The notes under the pieces are model-generated. The model was not told where the DNA came from. It saw nothing but the letters and a program-made list of their open reading frames with translations, and made no database searches. A DNA stretch of 51,857 bases, filler included, from Basidiobolus ranarum (lineage: Eukaryota): assembly GCA_040143965.1 (NCBI GenBank). It is 3 parts of 3 records of this genome, joined end to end, with 100 filler letters (N's around TTAATTAATTAA, not from the genome) between each part and the next. Parts side by side here need not be neighbours in the genome. Positions count along the whole stretch, not along the records: positions 34,664 to 51,857 come from JASJQH010007188.1; 2 more parts are not named here. One strand, given 5' to 3'. Shown here piece after piece: positions 38,577 through 51,857 of the stretch. A program made the position numbers and the translations under genes. Numbering within the stretch: position 1 is the stretch's first letter; each line of letters opens with the position of its first letter.

Positions 38577-40582
38577 TTAGACTTCTTCTTCGAAGTCTTC
38601 TATATCATCTAAACCGGCCTTTTCTTTTACTTGAACCCACCGAGTTCTACACTGACGTTGGGTTCTACCAGAGATCCCTTGAGCAATACGGATCCAACAT
38701 CTTCCGTATTTTCTGACCCCATCCTTTAGATGTTCATCTTCTTCTAAAGTCCATCGCCCTTTACGGACGGTAGGATCTAAAGCCTCTGACCATCTAGCTT
38801 GGCATTGAATCCCTGTACGATTAGGAATGTTGGAGGCGATTTTATTCCAAGGCACTGTGGCTGTGGCCTGATCACCACCGGTGCCTTCCTGAATATATTC
38901 AGAGACAGCTGCGCTAAGCAGTTTATCTTCCTCTTGAGTCCAGCGACCCTTATGAATTGTAGTGTTAAGAGCACCGAGCCATCTAGCTGAACATTGCATA
39001 GGTGTTCGGTTTGGAACATGTGTCGCAATCACTGACCATTTGTGAGTACCATGCAACGCCACAGCAGCCTTTAACAACTCATCCTCCTCAGGGGTCCATT
39101 TTATGTAACTAGACTGTTTTACTGGATGTGGAGAACCGCTGAAGTTAGGAGATCTTATATCCGAGGGAGAAGAACTCTTTTGATTTTTGTTAAAGAGATG
39201 AGGGGAAAGGGATTCCTATGTTCATCAATAAGATTCATGTCAGCTACGAAGCAAAATAGAATAAAGATAAAGAAAATGATACTTACAGTTCGTGAACGTT
39301 TGAGTTTACGTTCAGGTGGAGAGTTTGAAACATTTTCGGAGCCATGTAGAATTTGCATCATAGACTTTCCAGTAGCCATAACCAATTGAGTGTAAGCATC
39401 AGCCAACTAAATTTAACCAAGATTAGTATCAGTTCAAGAACAATTCAAATAGTCACTTTATGGTATTACTTGTCTTTCAAGCTCGTTAATCTGGACCTCT
39501 TTTGCAGCTACATCGGCATGTGCTTGAATCAACTACATTAGAAAATTTGTCAAGTAAACGAACCGAATCGAAACCAAAATAAAAATCATTTAAAAAATCA
39601 ATTTCAAATTAATCGATGGAAATTACTCCACTAAGAATTTACCTGTCTTCTCCAATCTTCCTGAGCAATGGCAAACTCCTTTTCTTTACTAAGAAGTTGA
39701 GCACTAGTGACAGTAATCTGAAAAGTAAAATATTAGAATATGAATGAAAAGTGGGGAATTCAAGCCAATTAGGATCATATACATATGGTATGACAAATTT
39801 CACTTAATTGAAATCGATAGATTATTCACAGCCTCGACTTACCAAATTTTGTTGAGCCTGAACAGTTTTTTGGGTGGATAATAACTCTTCTTCAGTCTCT
39901 TTATACTAAAAAAATCGTCAACTCGTCAGTATGTCGCAAGTGTGATAACGAGGAATGTGTGAAGGAAGTGGAGAAGCGGAGGTGGATAATTGTGAGGGGA
40001 TGTCTAACTCACCCTATCTTCTATTACCTAATTTTGAACAACAAAAGGGTTAGGTGGTGTATCTCAAAAGGACATGTATAGAATTTGCATGAACTCAATC
40101 ATTAGTTAAAGCATAGTCGAAAGTATCAAAAATTGAAAAATCGCGCCTTTAGAAATGGTATTACCTCGTATGAATCGTCATCGAGCTCGTGAAGGTATTG
40201 ATTTGGATCAGTTGACTGCAAGAAATGGTGTGTTTTCACCGGGTAATAGCCATATGAATTCCAATGGTGGCAAGAAAAATTGAGAAGAATGACGAGAAAG
40301 CCGAGGCAAATATGTGTGAGCTTACAGCAACGATAACACACTGTAGTTAACTTAGGTAGAATACCTTGTTTGTAACGTCTTCCGGTCTGTCGTAAGATAT
40401 TTCATCTCGATGTAAACTAGATTTCCCAGGGTTTTTCAGGTCTGAATAATTAAAAAGAAGATAATGAAAGGTAAGTTTACACTTTAAAGTGGGAAGAACG
40501 TCAAGAAAACCGATTAACCTGAGAGAGATATAAATAAATTTGGGGGTTGCATGACTTTAAGGTCAATGGCGCTGAGACTCAT
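38577..40582 (-). CDS. Myb-family transcription factor with three C-terminal Myb repeats and an N-terminal coiled region on many small exons (5' end uncertain)
   Basis: The last exon encodes KWTPEEDELL...KWSVIA..VPNRTPMQCSARW / KGRWTQEED...WNKIASNIPNRTGIQCQARW / KGRWTLEED...CWIRIA...GRTQRQCRTRW. Upstream short GT-AG exons can be traced in frame to about 40520. Confidence 0.8.
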
Positions 40583-42721
40583 TAAATGTCAAGAGAGTGT
40601 TTTTAAGGATAATTGATTAGAAGTATATAGTCTTGTAAGATAGAACAGAAGGCGAGTAAAAGATTAATGGGAAATAGGAGAATAAGGAATGGAGTGAGTA
40701 GTGAGTATCAAAGAAAATGAAATTCCGAAGTGCATCAGCGTATTTATGATGAGGTATTTTTGTCTATCGACATGATATCATTCAAGAAGAGCCAGGTTCA
40801 TATGCATGCTCTTAAAATCTGCTATTAGATGATGAATTGAAAAGTCAGGGTCGCTGAGATACTGGTTTTGACACCACTCGACCATTTTACCTGCAGAACG
40901 TTGGCCCACTACCGAATTCAGGTATTTAGTGTTACTTGCTTTAACTACGCTTTCCTTATCCAGGATTTTGCCACTATTTATGTACCTGCTGTACGCATTT
41001 AATTAATTATTTGTGATTACAAAGATAATTGCTATTAATGTTGGCAAGTAGGAGATGCAATACTAGGAAAGCAAGATTGAAAGTGCAATAAATTGAAACC
41101 ACTCTTTTAGAGATTCCGATATATTCAAGAAAGAGTAACCACCATCTACACGAGCCATCATCTTTCTTCCAATGGAAACATTCTTTTACCGAGTAATTAG
41201 ATATTAAAAATATTGGCTGACCTTGCAGTTTAGTAATGCGTGGATGTTGGACGTTGACTAATGTTAGATTATCTAGTGCATATAATTGGTGTAATCATTT
41301 GAAGAGCAGTGGATGTATTCATTGCAAGCAACTCTAAAGTGAAACAAAAACACAGTGTTTGTTTCGGACTACTTTTGGTTAATGGCATCGATCAAAAGTG
41401 TTACATATCATCTGTTTAGTGAGATTTGTTACTCAAAGTGATCACAATTTGATTTGAATCTACATTTCATATTCCATTGAACATAAACAAAGGTTTCACA
41501 ATAATCTAGCGCCTAGCCAATCAACTCTCACTATAAATAAGTTTATATTAGGGGAATCCAATTGTGTTCACGAATTTACCCAAGTCGCAACAGCCATGAG
41601 CATCAAATTTTTAGAGTATGTAACAAAAAGTATACAGCCACTACTCATATCCATGCAATTGAGATGTTTTCGATGATCAACATCACGTTAGGTGAGCCTT
41701 AGTATTTGGCGCGGGGATTCAATCAAATCAAGGCGTTTTATTTATGCTCCGGTATGAATGCTATATTAGCCACAGTTGAAGGAGCACTTCAATGTTGATG
41801 TAGCTGAGATTTGTCCAACATTTACTCATTATCTAATAAACAATGACGTTCGACATTATAATAGTTAAATTGACGTTTGTAGAAAGCGGCATAAGTCGTC
41901 AACATGTATTTCAGAAAGAGTATTTTTATTTTACCCAGATGTCATATTCTCAGACTAACTCACTTGATCAGATGATGGTTCAATTGTTTATCAAATCACC
42001 AATTTCTCCAACTCAGTTTGTCAATGGGACTCAATAAACCATTTCTATACTATTTGACCAAGTAAAAGGGCAACGCAGGTTTATGACTGAAAGAGACATA
42101 ACCATAACAAATAAATAGACAAACAATCCAGCTATTAATCCTGAATTAGCAAACTCTCTATATCACTAAATTAGGCCAGAAATACGATTCAGGTACAGAG
42201 TATCCTTGTTGTGGCCATTGCAATACCTCAAAATCACGGAAATCTTTCGAAGACTTCCAGAATGCTTGTGTAAAATAATCAATGATCAAATTGGTAAAGC
42301 TATATATATATATACGACAATCAGTATGGATCTAAATAACCACACATTATACTGGTTTAAAATAGATGACCACCTTTGTGTTCTAATATGTACAGATACT
42401 GATTACTACAAGGTAAGCAATTATTGATGTCTTGTATTGGACAATCACACTGGTGATGTGATAAAGCCAATTCCGACAAAAATCAAAGAACATTCTTATG
42501 CAATTTATGTCATAGCCGACCAATCCGCTCTTATTAAAAATCAATAAAAAAGGGAATTTTATGGAGATAGATTTAGTTTTTTGGCAAGATGAAATTGAAG
42601 ATATGAATGCTATGTTGATGGGGTATGAAATGAAGACAAAATGAATACTAATTACAATGGTATACATAGAATACACAGGATAGATAACGCGATTAAAAAG
42701 GAGACTAGGTTATGAGTAAAA

Positions 42722-43684
42722 TTATTGGGTTTGGGCCTCTGAAATCAATGGTTCAAGGTCTTTTTCTTCCCACCCGGCATCGTCAGTGGCCTCAATATGC
42801 TCTTCATCCCATGCTGGGTTTTCAACGTCTACTTCCTTATTTTTCCTTTTACCAATGAAACTTAACATCAATGGAACTATTGATACGAAGAGAAGTTTGG
42901 TGATAAACCACGGGTTAAGGATATCTGATACTGTCTCGACTTCGGATAGGATTTCACCAGCTTCGATGGTGACGAAGTTGTAGGGAATAATGCCCAGCAT
43001 GCAGGTAATGAAGAAACTCCACACTGGAACACCAACAAATGGTGAAACGATGTTGATTAGCCAGTATGGCGCGAATGGGAATAGCCTGATTGTCATAAGA
43101 TAAAGGAACATGCGGGGGCGATTGTCTTCAATTTGTCCGCGAAGCTTTTCCAGTTGCTTTGGGATATAATGCTCAAGTATATCAGAACCAGCAAAGTAAA
43201 AAATATAATAGCAAAGAGTTGAGCCGAAAGCAGTGAGAAAGCAGAGGAGTGGAATGGTGGACATGCCATACAAAGCGCCAGCAATCAAATTCTATATACA
43301 AAAGATAAGTACTCTGATTTGTTAGATATACAGAAAATTACGTGAACTTACAAGTAGTATGGTTCCAGGGACGCAGAAAGTTTGCTTCCATAGATAGAGA
43401 AGGGTGAAGATAATGAAGGTTTTTGTGTGCCCTTCTTCGTTATCTCGTATGTAATCTTTCAATACTTGAACAATATATTTGGCATCTTCCAAACTAGATG
43501 GAAGTCGTAGCCCCGGAATGGTAGCGACAAGAGCAAGGATGCCAGCCAAAGTTCCAACACCAATAATGAGAATGAATAGAATTTTAAGAAGAATGGTGGT
43601 GCTAGCGGTTTTTGTGGAGACCGATGGTTTTTCAACCTCGGATTCCACCTCCGTTGTGCTAACTCTTTGAAAAATGTTTCGCAT
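42722..43684 (-). CDS. TMEM41/Tvp38 (DedA/VTT domain, SNARE-associated Golgi protein)
   Basis: LYLWKQTFCVPGTILL/NLIAGALYG, TAFGSTLCY, IRLFPFAPYWLINIVSPFVGVP, GIIPYNFVTIEAG. One intron at about 43292-43351. Confidence 0.92.
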
Positions 43685-44416
43685 GCTATAACAATGCTGA
43701 TTAGGATATTAAAACGTATCAAGTTTCGTGTAAAGAATCAAAAGATACAGAGAGGAGTATGATTGTCGATTCCGGACCTGTCTAGTATTTAAAGGATTTG
43801 TGTATTACATTAGCACAAGAAAATAGAAGATCCATGGATTCACGGGGCTATCAATAGTCTAATCACCGATCAGGTTAAAGATTCTCAGCATTTTCTAAAC
43901 TCGGCCAAGAGTAGGAACCGATGGATAGATGGGATACCATTAAGCCATATCTGCTCGCGAAGAGAGGATATATATAGTATTAGTAATGGAATTTCAGCTG
44001 TTTCATTTTCATTCGTTTTCAAGTGACAAAATTTTTAAGATAATGAAGATTGGCCCAGAACGATTCAAGGAGCCAAGTGTTTAGAATAATCCGATTTCCA
44101 GTTTCGCCGGGGTGGCCGAGCATGAATAGTGCATGATTGAGGAGTGACTAGACCAAATTTGATATTTGTATATATCAACATGGTTGAGATTTATGCAAAT
44201 TGCCCGAATTCCCGAACATTGAGAGGGCGTCATTGATGCGCATTAACTGTATAGGTTTAGCCTAAGATCTTCGTTGCATATGAAGTTGTACCAACCACTT
44301 AGTCAGAGAGAAGTTTGTCTTTTTGAACTGCCAACGAATATTTCATTTCGCTCTTTAATCTTCATTAATTGGATACAAGGGTCGAATACCTAACTAATGG
44401 GGGTTGATAGCCGTGT

Positions 44417-45796
44417 TCACACGAGGGAGTTGTAAACCAATAGGTTAGGCGACTCCTTGGTGAGATTGACCAGAATATTTTTTGTGGCCACGTTTAGAAT
44501 TGTCTCATATAACTCTTTTGGAGTTTTGAAAGTCCTCTGGGAGAGAAATAACGCTGCCACACCCGCCACGTGAGGAGCAGCCATACTGTAGATTAAATAT
44601 TGCGTCGCCTTTATATGAAATTGTGTTCACTGAATTATTGATCGAGAAAATCTTACCTGGTACCCGATTTTATCATGGTTGCTGTCAAAGAGCCAATAGA
44701 ATCTGAACGAATTCTCCTTCCGGGGGCAAATATATCAACACAACTACCGAAATTGCTGAATGGTGCTTTGCGGTCTCGTTTATCTGTAGCACCAACAGTC
44801 AGTGCCCATTCCGAACTGGCTGGGGAGAATTTGCAGGCGTCAGTTCTCCTGTTTCCTGCAGACACTATCACTGGGATATTCGACGCCGTTATAGCAGCAA
44901 TAACATCGTTCAGAGCTTGGCTTCTTTTTCCATTGAAAGACATGTTTATCAGGGGATTGTTTTCTCTTTCCAAAGAAGCCTTGACAGCCCATTCTAAGCC
45001 CTGAATTATGGTTGAGGTTCCTGTGTGAGCTTTAGTTGATATTACCTTAACACTGATGATGTTTGCTTTCTTGGCAACACCAAATGCTGAACCGGCAATT
45101 ATTCCTGCAACATGGGTTCCTGCATAATCACCATCAATTAAACTGTATATTAAACTGCAAATATGATTGAAAGCATCACCATGTCCTCTTAGATCGTCAT
45201 CTATTTCATTGGCAAAGTTAGCCCCAAACTTGGCTCTGCCTTGAAAATCTTGATGAGCAACATTTACTCCAGAGTCCAATACATAGACATCTACACCTTT
45301 CCTATATTCCAATTTCTGATGAATTTTTTTCGAGCTGACAAATGACTCCTGTTACTACTTACCCAGCGGCGGTGTTATATACATATGGTAAATCCAGATT
45401 CCTTGCTCTGCACGATATTCTCGACAGACCCCAGTTTGGAGGATCCGGTTGTACAATGAGATTTTGGTCATCCTCAAACCCGTTCAGCTTAAATCGGCCC
45501 TCTGGTTCAACATAAGCTATCCATGGAGAGTTTCTCAATATTGCCAGATGTTCACTAGAAAGATTCCCTACGAAACCTAAAAAACGATTTGCAATATTGA
45601 TGTGTTGCCCATGAATAGTACCAACTGCTTGGTGAAGTTTTCGCTGTGCTAATTCCATATATCATCAGTTAGTACTTTAGCTGAGAATACGGATCGTCGT
45701 TTAGTTACCTAAGCCGAAGTCCTCAATGGCATACTTGATTACATGTGGAGTCACTATTCCAATTAACCAAAGTAGTAGAAAGTAGGAAATATTCAT
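44417..45796 (-). CDS. Secreted subtilisin-like serine protease (S8A, proteinase K type) with short I9-like prodomain
   Basis: Hydrophobic N-terminus; IAYVEP, NWGLSRIS; triad motifs VYVLDSG, GHGTHVAG (after splicing) and SGTSMAAPHVAG; oxyanion motif SAGN. TGA at 44417. Confidence 0.93.
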
Positions 45797-46390
45797 ATTC
45801 GATGCTAACAATATTTGATGCTGACAATATTCAATGGTTGCTAATACCTGAAAGAATGGAGATCAATACTTTTCTATGCTGCCATATATATATATACAAT
45901 GGTGAGTGTATCTATCATTAATTAAACTCAAACAAATCCCTCACTTGACTATTGAATCATCATTGTTTTGGTAATCACGTGGACATTGTAGATACTTTCA
46001 TCCACTCCTAATAACATCTCTCATAATCCTGCTATACACTCAGTTATGAAAAGAAGAGGTGAGGTAACATTGTAGAAAAGTGGGATAGTAAGTAGGATGG
46101 GGAACAAGTGTAGAGCGTGCTCATGTAACCAACATAAATGATGCCTTTTTTCTCTAATAAAAGTTGAAATTTTGGATAGTGTTAGTCAAAATGAATGCTA
46201 ATAATTATTTGAAAGATATTCGGAAGATTACGTAGATAAATTTCATATTAAAAGATGATATGGTAAAAGTAAAATTTGAAACGAGAGGTATTCGACATAA
46301 GCGTAGCATTCAAATGTTTACTTCCCAACAAAAATACCTCTAATACATATACATCCATACAATTCTATATAAACATACCCTTCCCTAGCT

Positions 46391-48506
46391 ATGGACATTA
46401 AGAAGAGGAATTTGTCTGAGAAGGACCAGATAGACAAGTTGATTAAAGAGAACAAATCGTTAAAGCAAAAAGTCGACTTGCTAGAAAAGGAAAACTCTAT
46501 ATTGAAGAAATCTATCTACGACCTCTCTGCACGCTACACCGTCTCTAATCATCATAGAAGCAATCCTTTCACTTCAGATCCACTCGAGTCTTCAGTAGTT
46601 GAAAGTGAAGAAGCTCTACGTGAGACTGCTGTCAAAACGGAAAAGCATATCGCCGAAAGCTTAGGTAAATTCTCGATACACTCTTTGGCGTTGTGTCTCT
46701 AGTACAACTTTCCTGTTGTTGAGGCCAGAAGTTTAGTTCAACCTACTAAGTTAAATTCAATATAGCTAAAAAAACACGAGAGAAAAACACGGACGGTAGA
46801 ATTTTTCAGCAAAAATCCGAATTAAAGGTATAATAACTTGTATCATTTTCTACGATTAGGTTTGCTTACCACGTTTTATGTAGGGTCATCTTGGTGCTGT
46901 ATACAGTGTACAATTCTCGCCATGTGGTAATTTTCTGGCTACTGGTTCCTTTGACCAGACCATCCGCTTATGGGATATAGGAGTGTCAGCTGAAGTATAT
47001 TAGTTTTACAAAAGGGCTCTTTATTTTATCAATTTATTGACCTTCTTGTAGGTCAAATGCATGAAAAAACATACTCTTAATGTATCTGATTTAAGCTGGT
47101 CCATGGATTCGAACGAACTGTTATCTGGCTCCTACGATAAAACTTGTAAAATTTGGGATACTGAATCTGGAAAAATGACCGCCTCATACGATTGTGAAGG
47201 TTTTGTTCAATGTGTAGAGTACAACGGTCAAGGTGAGTCGATAAACATTCATTCATTGAATCTACCTAATTCTAACTCTTTGTTGCAGATAGTGATGTCT
47301 TTCACTTTGGTACATCCAAAAAGGTCCTTGGAACTGTTGATAAGAGAAAGCCGCTACCAGCCAATATCATCAGAAACGATGCTATGATCAACACAATGTA
47401 CATTCACATGATTCAACATCATTCAGTAGAGCTATTATTTATTGAATACTTGTTATTTTTATAGCTACTCCTGTCGTGACGGAAACACCATCATATCTGG
47501 TGATTCTTTGGGCAAGCTCAAAACTTGGGATCTTCGTACAGGTACGGACCAACTGATTCCCCACAACCACTTCCCTTTCGAATGTTTAGTTGACGTTTCA
47601 TAATCTGAAAACTAGGCGAATGTCTGCAAGTGGTTTCCAACGAAAATCAGCAAAGACCCATATCCCATATAGCCACCTGTCGTCTCGGAAATGGTAAAAC
47701 TTTACTTGGATCTTGACTTTCTTCAATTTTATTAATGTTTCCTTTAGATTCTGATGAAGAACCTCAACTGATGGCCATCAATTCTTATGATAATGGTAAA
47801 GTTTAGTTTTCTCTAATCTCAAAAGCCTACTGTCTAAATTGAACGTTGCCTTTACGATGCTTCTAGTGATTCGCGTATATGATAGAGGATTCCAACCCCT
47901 CAAGAGTGTTCCTCGCCTTTTACATAGTGTTAAGGGATATAAAAACAAGAACTGGCCAATTCGAAGCGCCTTTTATAGAGGAAAAGAATGTTGTTTTTTC
48001 ACATTGATTCTAGCAACACTGAAACATTGAAACTAATGTATTTGTAATCGATTAGACACTAATGCTAGCTTCAGAAGATTGAACATACATGAAGATTCAT
48101 ATGTCGATGGATATCTCGAAGAGCCTGAAATGACTCGGTATGAGTATGGCATTAGTGTTTTTGAAGTTGATCTTTTCTATTCATCACCATTCTGTTATAG
48201 CGAACGAGTTCTCGACAAAAGCATCATTTTGGCCACTGGAAGCTCAGATCCGTATGTCTATCTGTACAATGTTGGTGTTCAGGAGGTAAATCATCAAATT
48301 CTTTATATTCACAAACTTCGTGATGGGGAATACTCATTATTGCTAAAACAAAACAGGGCAATGCCACTCTTATTCAGCGTTTAGAAGGACATATGGATAG
48401 AGTCTATGATGTAGCCTTTCACCCTTTCGAACCTATATTATGCTCAAGCTCTGCTGACCTTACAGTCAAGATATGGTCATCTAATAGTAGATCAAGTAAT
48501 ATCTAA
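46391..48506 (+). CDS. WD40-repeat protein with N-terminal coiled coil
   Basis: N-terminal heptads (LIKENKSLKQKVDLLEKENSILK). WD motifs GHLGAVYSVQFSPCGNFLATGSFDQTIRLWD, HTLNVSDLSWS...SGSYDKTCKIWD and GHMDRVYDVAFHP...SSSADLTVKIW. About 12 exons; TAA at 48504-48506. Confidence 0.88.
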
Positions 48507-49013
48507 GAAATCAGGGATTTCATGTTGTCGGTTGAAGCTCCACTTGGTATACATATTCTTGTCATTTTTTCTAACGCATTCTCGTCATCTTCCCTAATAT
48601 TTTCTTATTGTTAAAGTCATTATATTTATATAAACTTCTGGTTTTATCCCATTTTACCATTTTATTTAAGCAGATTCTCTTCAATGGCTTATCGCCCATT
48701 TTACTTTTTACATTGGCCAAAGCAACGTATGGAGACTGCTACACACAACGGCGGTGACTGATGTTCCAATATATGAGTTCCAATAAACCACTTGAAACAA
48801 AAATATCAACCCCAATGAAATAAGAATGATATATCGGATTTACCCCACCCCATTAGATTCATGTCATCATCAATTTTTATTATTTGATCTTGGAGCAATA
48901 CCGCCACTTTTTGTCTACTTTAGTCAGTTCTAGTTTGGTGGATATTTTTTGAGGTACTATCTTAAAGTAGTCTAAAATCACTTTCACTCCCACCTAAAAT
49001 CTCTCTTTTGAAG

Positions 49014-49374
49014 ATGGCTCTTATTCACACTGTAGCCGCTTTCTCCTCTTTCGGTGTTGGCGTTCGTTGCCTCTCCTTGGCCATGTGCAAACGGCCTTGG
49101 TTTGATAGTTAGTATATAACATCTATTATTTCTCCCGTTCTTCGAGTGACCTCGAATTTCTTTTTCATTTGATTGAAAACAAACGAACAAGTAATAATCA
49201 ATATTATCTTTGTTAGAACTTGAGATTCATGCCTTACACGCTGTTGCCTTCGGTGGAATTGGGTATTGGTACTACAATTACGAACAAAGACAGACCCTTG
49301 CTTTAGAAGTACGTAAAGACAAACTTTTGGAAAGAAAGAAGCGTATGCTTTCACAAGAGTCTGCCGAGTTATAA
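49014..49374 (+). CDS. NADH:ubiquinone oxidoreductase 14-kDa accessory subunit (NDUFC2/B14.5b-like), 83 aa
   Basis: Exons 49014-49107 and 49217-49374 give MALIHTVAAFSSFGVGVRCLSLAMCKRPWFDKLEIHALHAVAFGGIGYWYYNYEQRQTLALEVRKDKLLERKKR. This fits the fungal pattern FG.AVR...L....RP.F...GYW....E.Q...L..RK..LLE.R. Absent from the ORF track. Confidence 0.82.
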
Positions 49375-49772
49375 AGTTTTCGATGAAATAAAGTTACCGT
49401 GGCCTACCTATACACCACATTCTCTTTACCCTCCACGGGGGGAAGAGGAGGTTTACCACCGACACTCTCACCTAACCCTACTCATTCATTCCCCCTCTAC
49501 GAATACATCCCACTCCAATCATTTCCATTTCCCTAAAGAAAATAAACTATTGGATACTTTAAATCACATTTAATACTAGACAACCAAGGAGTACAACATT
49601 CAAACCAATGGAAATATATAACATCAAAGATTGTTTGGGATTTTTAGTGATTATTTCTAGATGGAATAGTAGATTGAAGTCTCTAAATATACTTTCAAAG
49701 AGGAAAGTTAGAAACACCATGAAATGGGAATTAAGGTGCTGATTGGCAAAAGATCTCTGATGCTAGTTTCGA

Positions 49773-51170
49773 TTAATGGTTCAATAACAACCAAGCACTA
49801 ACGAATTGCAAAGCTGCTACACAAAATAAGAAATGAACCCGACGTTTGCGCTGCATGTTTACCATGGTAGTAGGTGAGTTGGCATCTGGGAGTACTACAT
49901 ATCGCAATGAACGCAACTAAACAAGTCAAGTGTTAATGGAAGCTCATTCAGTTCATTCAATATCATTCTTATTCATCTCCTACCAAAAAGAATCCAAATG
50001 CAATATTAGTGTAGATGTAAACTCCCCAATCGACGCTAGAGCTTTGAATGAAGCGGAACAACATGGAAACGATCACACTATTTGTAACAAAGAAAACGCT
50101 TGAATATCATAGGAGAATGTTTCATTCTTAAGAATTGATGAGTTTACCCAACAAACTTGTATCCACTGTAAGCGACCAAGTCTAAAAGTAGAACATCTCC
50201 AGAAATCCCGAGTAAATAACAGAAGAGCCTCATTATAAGCACTTCTCCAAATACTAGACCTAAAGCGGTAGATGCTGTACGTCCTAAAACGTCAGGGGTA
50301 AATCTGCAAAAAGAGTATTTCGTTTAGAGCAGATTAAATAACATATGCTTTGTGGAAGCTAAATTACTGTCCATCTCCTCTGCGCCCAATGGTGAGCCCA
50401 ACTAATAGGATATAAGTCACGAAAGACATCACTAATAGCAAGTTAAGTTAGGTCTTGAAGAGCTCGGGATAAACAAAGACAAGTATAAAAATACCTGGAA
50501 TATACAAGTCTGGAGAATTGATATCTTCACGAGGTGGTCTATAGCCTTCAATCTGCCCATTCTCTTCTGAACGTTTGATCTGTCTTGACCAAGTCTAACA
50601 GAAATAGATAAATTTAATATGGGCACGGACGATATGCAGAATGGGCCATTCTTACCTGATGACGGAAAGGAAATAACAGCAGACGGAGCTTGTTGACGAC
50701 ATACATGTTGCTTACGTTGAAGTAAAACTTCAAATTGGCAACACTGACGTACCGATCAAGCTAAATAAACATGATAAGTTAGCAATTAACACTAAAGAAG
50801 TTCTCTTCTTCAAAAGAAAACATGAATTTGAAGTGTTACTAAAAAAGGTACAAACATTTCTGTGCACGTAATCTTGGCCTGCCATAACGGCAGAACGACC
50901 AAATTGCACCCCAATAGCTTGAGCACCTTGTAGGTCATTGAAATCAAATCCATATGGTTGTGCAGGCGCTTGTTGGTAAGGTGGTTGTTGTGGATGGCCT
51001 TGTGGAGAATGAGGTTGATGATACTGTGGTTGAGGTGAGGAAGCCTCTGGTATAGGAAATGGATGTTGAGGGACAGGATGCTGTAAAGGAGGAGAAGCGG
51101 GATTACCATATGGGTTTTGTTGATAATAACCCTCTTGTTGTGTGCCTTGCGCGTAATAATTGCCGTCCAT
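49773..51170 (-). CDS. YIF1: ER-Golgi transport protein Yif1
   Basis: Q/P-rich N-terminus; LKFYFNVSNMYVVNKLRLLLFPFRH, PPREDINSPDLYIPVMSFVTY, FTPDVLG, LDLVAYSGYKFVG, FFLLRSLRYVVLP. Seven exons. Confidence 0.95.
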
Positions 51171-51640
51171 ATCTTTATTGAAACAGTGTAAAGTAAAAGA
51201 AGCAATGGCACAGATAGTTCAAAATATGATTGCGCATAAAAGTCATCCACTAGTATATAAAAACGTAAGTAATGGTATTGTTAGACACTGATTGAGAGGC
51301 TGTACATGATTCGTTTAAAATTTAAACGAGTCATCTGGAGACAAACATGAAAAATGATGAATTTCGCATTGCCTCAGCATTGCTTCAGTCAATTAACTAA
51401 ATCAAAAGTGAAAATTGAATGACCGGGGACCTTTGAAGGGTCAGATCTTTAAAAATGAATGTTGTTTGTTCTAGTAACAACCTTTCTCTTCGGTTCTCCC
51501 AGGGCGTTCGGGTAGGCATCTACATTTCACGTATATGTGTAATTTTAGCTAGCAGTGTAAAATACAATATGAACAAACATCCATTAAAGAATTCCAAATA
51601 CATCCATCCTCAAGTCGTTGTAGTATATTGCACAAATTAA

Positions 51641-51857
<217 letters not shown>

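Noticed and set aside
42170..42300. Minus-strand EVLQWPQQ resembling the Tc1 WPxQSPDLNPIE motif
   Set aside because: SPDLNPIE is absent and there are no TIRs nearby.

Overview
Eukaryotic, intron-rich, AT-rich fungal DNA. The gene content (MESH1, three-repeat Myb, many 50-110 nt introns) suggests an early-diverging fungus; this is inference. The window is not one locus. Two 100-nt spacers (44 N + TTAATTAATTAA + 44 N) split it into pieces of 17,242, 17,221 and 17,194 nt, which look like size-sorted contigs joined artificially. Piece 1 holds the end of a YeeE/YedE gene, a collapsed glutamate synthase pseudogene, a long-TIR non-autonomous transposon plus an extra copy of its left end, and a small secreted Cys-rich protein. 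It also holds a coiled-coil/FIP-RBD-like gene, an O-fucosyltransferase-like gene with one in-frame TAG, CKS1 and a mitochondrial HMG-box gene. Piece 2 holds MESH1/HDDC3, a 4-TM protein, a mitochondrial PPR protein, ETF-QO, a GH47 mannosidase and an EMG1 pseudogene. Piece 3 holds COQ7 (truncated), a dual-targeted carnitine acetyltransferase, a Myb factor, TMEM41/Tvp38, a subtilisin, a WD40 protein, the complex I 14-kDa subunit, YIF1 and a divergent ubiquitin (truncated). I found no clearly novel multi-gene system. The best leads are the premature-TAG gene, the secreted peptide beside the transposon, the I44S ubiquitin variant and the relics of housekeeping genes. All protein identifications are by eye from remembered family motifs; no searches were run.
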